Positions 38,365 to 40,115 of a stretch of 40,115 nt of DNA are shown piece by piece (position 1 is the stretch's first letter; each line of letters starts with the position of its first letter). This stretch comes from Candidatus Brocadiia bacterium (GTDB lineage: Bacteria > Planctomycetota > Brocadiia > SM23-32), in contig JBKHIT010000045.1 in assembly GCA_046538485.1 (NCBI GenBank), positions 1-40,115 of the forward strand, written 5' to 3'. The notes under the pieces were generated by a model. It had not been told where the DNA came from. It did not search any database and worked only from the letters and a program-made list of their open reading frames with translations. The position numbers and the translations under genes were made by a program.

Positions 38365-39429
38365 ATGTCAATCACGCAAAAAGAACTGGCGCAGGTCCTC
38401 GGCGTCTCCCAGGTCTCTGTCTCCCGGGCTTTGCGGGGCTCAGATGGTGTTGGAGAGAAGTTGCGGGAGCGTATAATGGACGAGGCCAGGAAACGCGGGT
38501 ACTCCATTCGCGCCAGCAATCATGAGGCCCGTGCTATGCGCAAACGCGCGCTCGGCAAGAAGCAGACGACCGACGTGGTTTGCCTTATTGTGCCGATCGA
38601 TAGTGAATCGGGACAAGATTCTTTTCACGCTCGAATTTTTTCGGGGTTGAGCGATGAGGCCCGTAAGCTGGGGATGGAAACGGTATTGGCCGGAGAATAC
38701 AGCGCGGAGTTTCCCCTTTTGGTGCTGCGCGGTCAGGTCGACGGCGCGGTCTGTCTCCTTGGCGATATCGAGGTCTCGCGCGTTGAACGTACGTGTCCTG
38801 TTCCCCTGGTGAGCATATTCTCGGATCTACCGGGAGCGGACCTTGTGACGGTTGACAATATCGAGGGTTCTCGCCAGATAGGGAAATATCTGGTGTCTCA
38901 AGGGCACGAGCGTGCGGCGTTTTTTGGCCCTACTTGGGAACTCGCCCAGCAGCGGCTGGCCGGACTGCGCATGGCCAGCGGGCTTGAAGTGCCTGACGAA
39001 CTGGTTTTTATGCGGCGGTTCATGTCAGCCGGCCATCAGTTTGAAGAGGTATTGCAAAAGGCATTCGGGAAGAATCTCGTGGAGAATAAAGAAAAACTTC
39101 CGTTCACGGCTGCGGTGGGATACAACGACCTTATGGCCGCTGTGATGATGCACAAGTTGCGAGCCGCGGGATGGGATATCCCCGGAGAACTCAGCATCAC
39201 TGGTTTCGATGGCGTGTGGCCGACGAGAGCGACCGATCCACAATTGACGACGTGTGCTATACCTCTGGAAGAGCTGGGCGCAGAGGCGATGCGTGCTTTG
39301 GCCCAGAGGTTGAAGAATCCGGAGCAAGGGGAGAGGAGAGTGGTGCTGTCGCCGGAATTCATACCCGGCGAGACATCTTCTCCGCCGTTTCAAACCTCAG
39401 GAAATCTCGCAAAATCTCAGCTCAGGTGA
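38365..39429 (+). CDS. LacI family transcriptional regulator
   Basis: ITQKELAQVLGVSQVSVSRAL HTH; GH.R, YND.MA, IP.ELSITGFD, LTT; ATG at 38365. Confidence 0.95.
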   Translation: MSITQKELAQVLGVSQVSVSRALRGSDGVGEKLRERIMDEARKRGYSIRASNHEARAMRKRALGKKQTTDVVCLIVPIDSESGQDSFHARIFSGLSDEARKLGMETVLAGEYSAEFPLLVLRGQVDGAVCLLGDIEVSRVERTCPVPLVSIFSDLPGADLVTVDNIEGSRQIGKYLVSQGHERAAFFGPTWELAQQRLAGLRMASGLEVPDELVFMRRFMSAGHQFEEVLQKAFGKNLVENKEKLPFTAAVGYNDLMAAVMMHKLRAAGWDIPGELSITGFDGVWPTRATDPQLTTCAIPLEELGAEAMRALAQRLKNPEQGERRVVLSPEFIPGETSSPPFQTSGNLAKSQLR

Positions 39430-39456
39430 CTCCCTGATCACAAGGAGGCGACAGAG

Positions 39457-39628
39457 ATGTCGAGGGTTTCATTTCACAATAATCCTGGACGTGAGCGCAT
39501 GAATGTTGCTACCAGAGAACAATATCAATCCTCTGCTTTTACGCTGATTGAGCGCGCCGGATTTTGAAGGACTCCGGGTCATTACCGGACAGCACTACGG
39601 GTCGCATATTATCCAACTCGTGCCGTGA
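39457..39628 (+). pseudogene. Broken prepilin-type gene: leader ending AFTLIE joined out of frame to a probable C-terminal fragment
   Basis: AAGGAGG RBS; MSRVSF...SSAFTLIE-RAGF* (stop at 39567); another frame reads APDFEGLRVITGQHYGSHIIQLVP* to 39628. Confidence 0.65.
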
Positions 39629-39685
39629 TAGATGGATTTGGAAGTGACATAGAGGAGATCCATAACCAGTTGGGGGAGGAAAATT

Positions 39686-40115
39686 ATGAAAAATGTAAGT
39701 AAAAACAGAGAGTCCGTTTTTTCGCGGACTAAATGGGGTTTGAACTCAAGAAGAATATTCAGTGAGATTAAAGTGGGGGCTTTCACCCTTATTGAACTTC
39801 TGGTCGTCATAGCCATCATTGCCATTCTGGCGGCCATGCTGATGCCGGTTCTGGAAAAAGTTCGGGAATCGGCCCGACGAATCACATGTCTGTCGCAGCT
39901 GAAGCAGCTTGGTTACGGCAGTTTCATGTATGCCACGGACCATGACGAGATATTGCCGTGCCGGGGCGGGCAGTATTTTTCATGGGGAGGGGCTGAAGGC
40001 GGTACGGGAAAAGCCCTCTACGATGACGAATATGTTCCTGCGGTTGATGTTTTCATCTGTCCCAGTGCTGTCCAAAACATTTTTGAATGCGGTTTTGGAC
40101 GGGTTCTGACCTGCC
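39686..40115 (+). CDS. Prepilin-type N-terminal cleavage/methylation protein (DUF1559-like); 3' end outside the window
   Basis: [63 protein letters not shown]; absent from the ORF track because it has no stop in the window. Confidence 0.93.
   Translation, partial: MKNVSKNRESVFSRTKWGLNSRRIFSEIKVGAFTLIELLVVIAIIAILAAMLMPVLEKVRESARRITCLSQLKQLGYGSFMYATDHDEILPCRGGQYFSWGGAEGGTGKALYDDEYVPAVDVFICPSAVQNIFECGFGRVLTC

Noticed and set aside
39551..39685. Group II intron start after FTLIE
   Set aside because: The sequence is GCGCG rather than GTGCG, the interval is too short, and no domain V or RT is visible

Overview
A 40 kb bacterial window, most consistent with a PVC-superphylum organism (Planctomycetota/Lentisphaerota-like). 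This is inferred from a DUF1559-type prepilin gene, a DUF3034-like protein and REP-like intergenic repeats. The left end holds the 3' part of a large Ig/cadherin/PKD-repeat surface protein and a DUF3034-like beta-barrel gene with a recent 129-bp internal tandem duplication. About 3.4-13.7 kb is an accessory, probably defence-related region bracketed by REP/MITE-like repeats. It contains a coupled three-gene module (TIGR04255-like / degenerate MNT-like / HEPN), several gene remnants, an unannotated yqaE/Pmp3 gene, a TerB-like + SAP + PD-(D/E)xK nuclease protein and an MmeI-type (Type IIL) restriction-modification enzyme. The centre and right are mostly metabolic: UPF0104 flippase-like protein, MFS transporter, NAD-dependent epimerase, SPL-family radical SAM, GH78 rhamnosidase, Zn peptidase, a complete nine-gene V/A-type ATPase operon with a Na+-type c subunit, aconitase and flavin reductase. 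These are followed by vapBC next to tRNA-Leu(CAA), a LacI regulator with paired operators, and a prepilin gene broken right after FTLIE in front of an intact one. All family calls are from motif recognition; no database searches were run.
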